64,000 nucleotides of DNA from Methanomassiliicoccales archaeon (GTDB lineage Archaea; Thermoplasmatota; Thermoplasmata; RBG-16-68-12; SOIM01), in assembly GCA_030593885.1 (NCBI GenBank), contig JAUVGH010000003.1:3011-67010 (forward strand), written 5' to 3'. This document shows positions 63,600 through 64,000 of the stretch, piece after piece. The position numbers and the translations under genes are program-made. Positions within the stretch are counted from its first letter, which is position 1. Each line of letters begins with the position of its first letter. The notes beneath the pieces were generated by a model. The model had not been told where the DNA came from. It did no database searches and saw only the letters and a list, made by a program, of their open reading frames with translations.

Positions 63600-64000
63600 C
63601 TGAGGAAACTATTCGAGAAATACGTCGACTGGAAGGTATTGGAACACTTCCTGAAGAACCCGACGACACCGTTCTACATCAAGGAGCTTTCAAGGATGCT
63701 TGAGATAAGCCCCAGGAGCGCCCTTGAGGCGATGAAGATGTTCGGTTCAGAGAACATACTGATCAAAGAAGAGATCGGTCTCGCCCACTTGTATAGACTG
63801 AACAACGAGCTCCCATTGGTCAAATCGTTGAAGAGAATGCATATCCTGTTCCTCCTGCATGAGAATGAGTTCGTTGAAAAGGCCACGACAGTAGATGAGA
63901 ACATGATCTCTCTCGTCCTCTATGGGAGCTATTCATCCGGCGACCATGACGAAAGGAGTGACTTGGATCTCATCATAATCACGCAAACGGATAAAAGCGC
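63600..64000 (+). CDS. wHTH + minimal nucleotidyltransferase (MNT-like) protein, 3' end outside the window, start codon unresolved
   Basis: The frame is open from 63600 to the window end: LRKLFEKYVDWKVLEHFLKNPTTPFYIKELSRMLEISPRS (wHTH), then LVLYGSYSSGDHDERSDLDLIIIT (NTase GS...DxD). Start candidates are CTG 63600, TTG 63639 and ATG 63696. Confidence 0.6.
   Translation, partial: MRKLFEKYVDWKVLEHFLKNPTTPFYIKELSRMLEISPRSALEAMKMFGSENILIKEEIGLAHLYRLNNELPLVKSLKRMHILFLLHENEFVEKATTVDENMISLVLYGSYSSGDHDERSDLDLIIITQTDKS

Noticed and set aside
1-64000. Possibility of TAG (pyrrolysine) or TGA recoding
   Set aside because: TAG terminates several well-defined genes at their expected ends (purC, sucD, L40e, ahcY). 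No gene body requires read-through of an in-frame stop.

Overview
The window is a gene-dense stretch of an archaeal chromosome, probably euryarchaeal or Thermoplasmatota-like. The archaeal hallmarks are ribosomal protein L40e, PurP, Nep1, a ThrRS with the archaeal N-terminal editing domain, split GMP synthase, a PAC2 chaperone, an RHH-ftsZ pair, and TTTAWATA-type TATA boxes about 25-35 bp upstream of starts. Most of it is housekeeping: purC, ilvE, sucCD, topA, ahcY, purE, guaA A/B, a serA-like gene, a ribD-like reductase, rtcA, purP, nep1, folP, thrS, ftsZ and tRNA-Gly(CCC). There is also a five-enzyme nucleotide-sugar cluster (Wbp/Wec-like) split by corA, a P-type ATPase divergent from a CPA2 antiporter, and a RelE toxin-antitoxin pair. 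Five large secreted proteins are present: SBP5-like, FG-GAP-like, PKD, a 1750-aa LTD/vWA/FN3 protein, and a TolB-like propeller. The most interesting locus is 54.4-61.5 kb, which looks more AT-rich at third codon positions than the core genes. It holds an operon of a eukaryote-like Rab/Ras small GTPase followed by a 1018-aa STAND (AAA_16-type) ATPase. That ATPase appears to carry a Roadblock/LC7 (MglB-like) domain between Walker A and Walker B, and it ends in an array of near-identical 120-bp TPR repeats. The operon is flanked by a restriction-enzyme-like N-terminal module with no methyltransferase domain and by a CARF/Csa3-like wHTH regulator. Other notable signals are three ~33-bp G-rich/A9 direct repeats between ftsZ and the PKD gene, a tandem-RHH CdrS-like gene upstream of ftsZ with a palindrome cluster in its promoter, and a C5 homopolymer that separates an ATG-initiated signal-peptide n-region from the FG-GAP gene body. 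All functional calls come from reading the translated ORFs by eye; no database searches were run.
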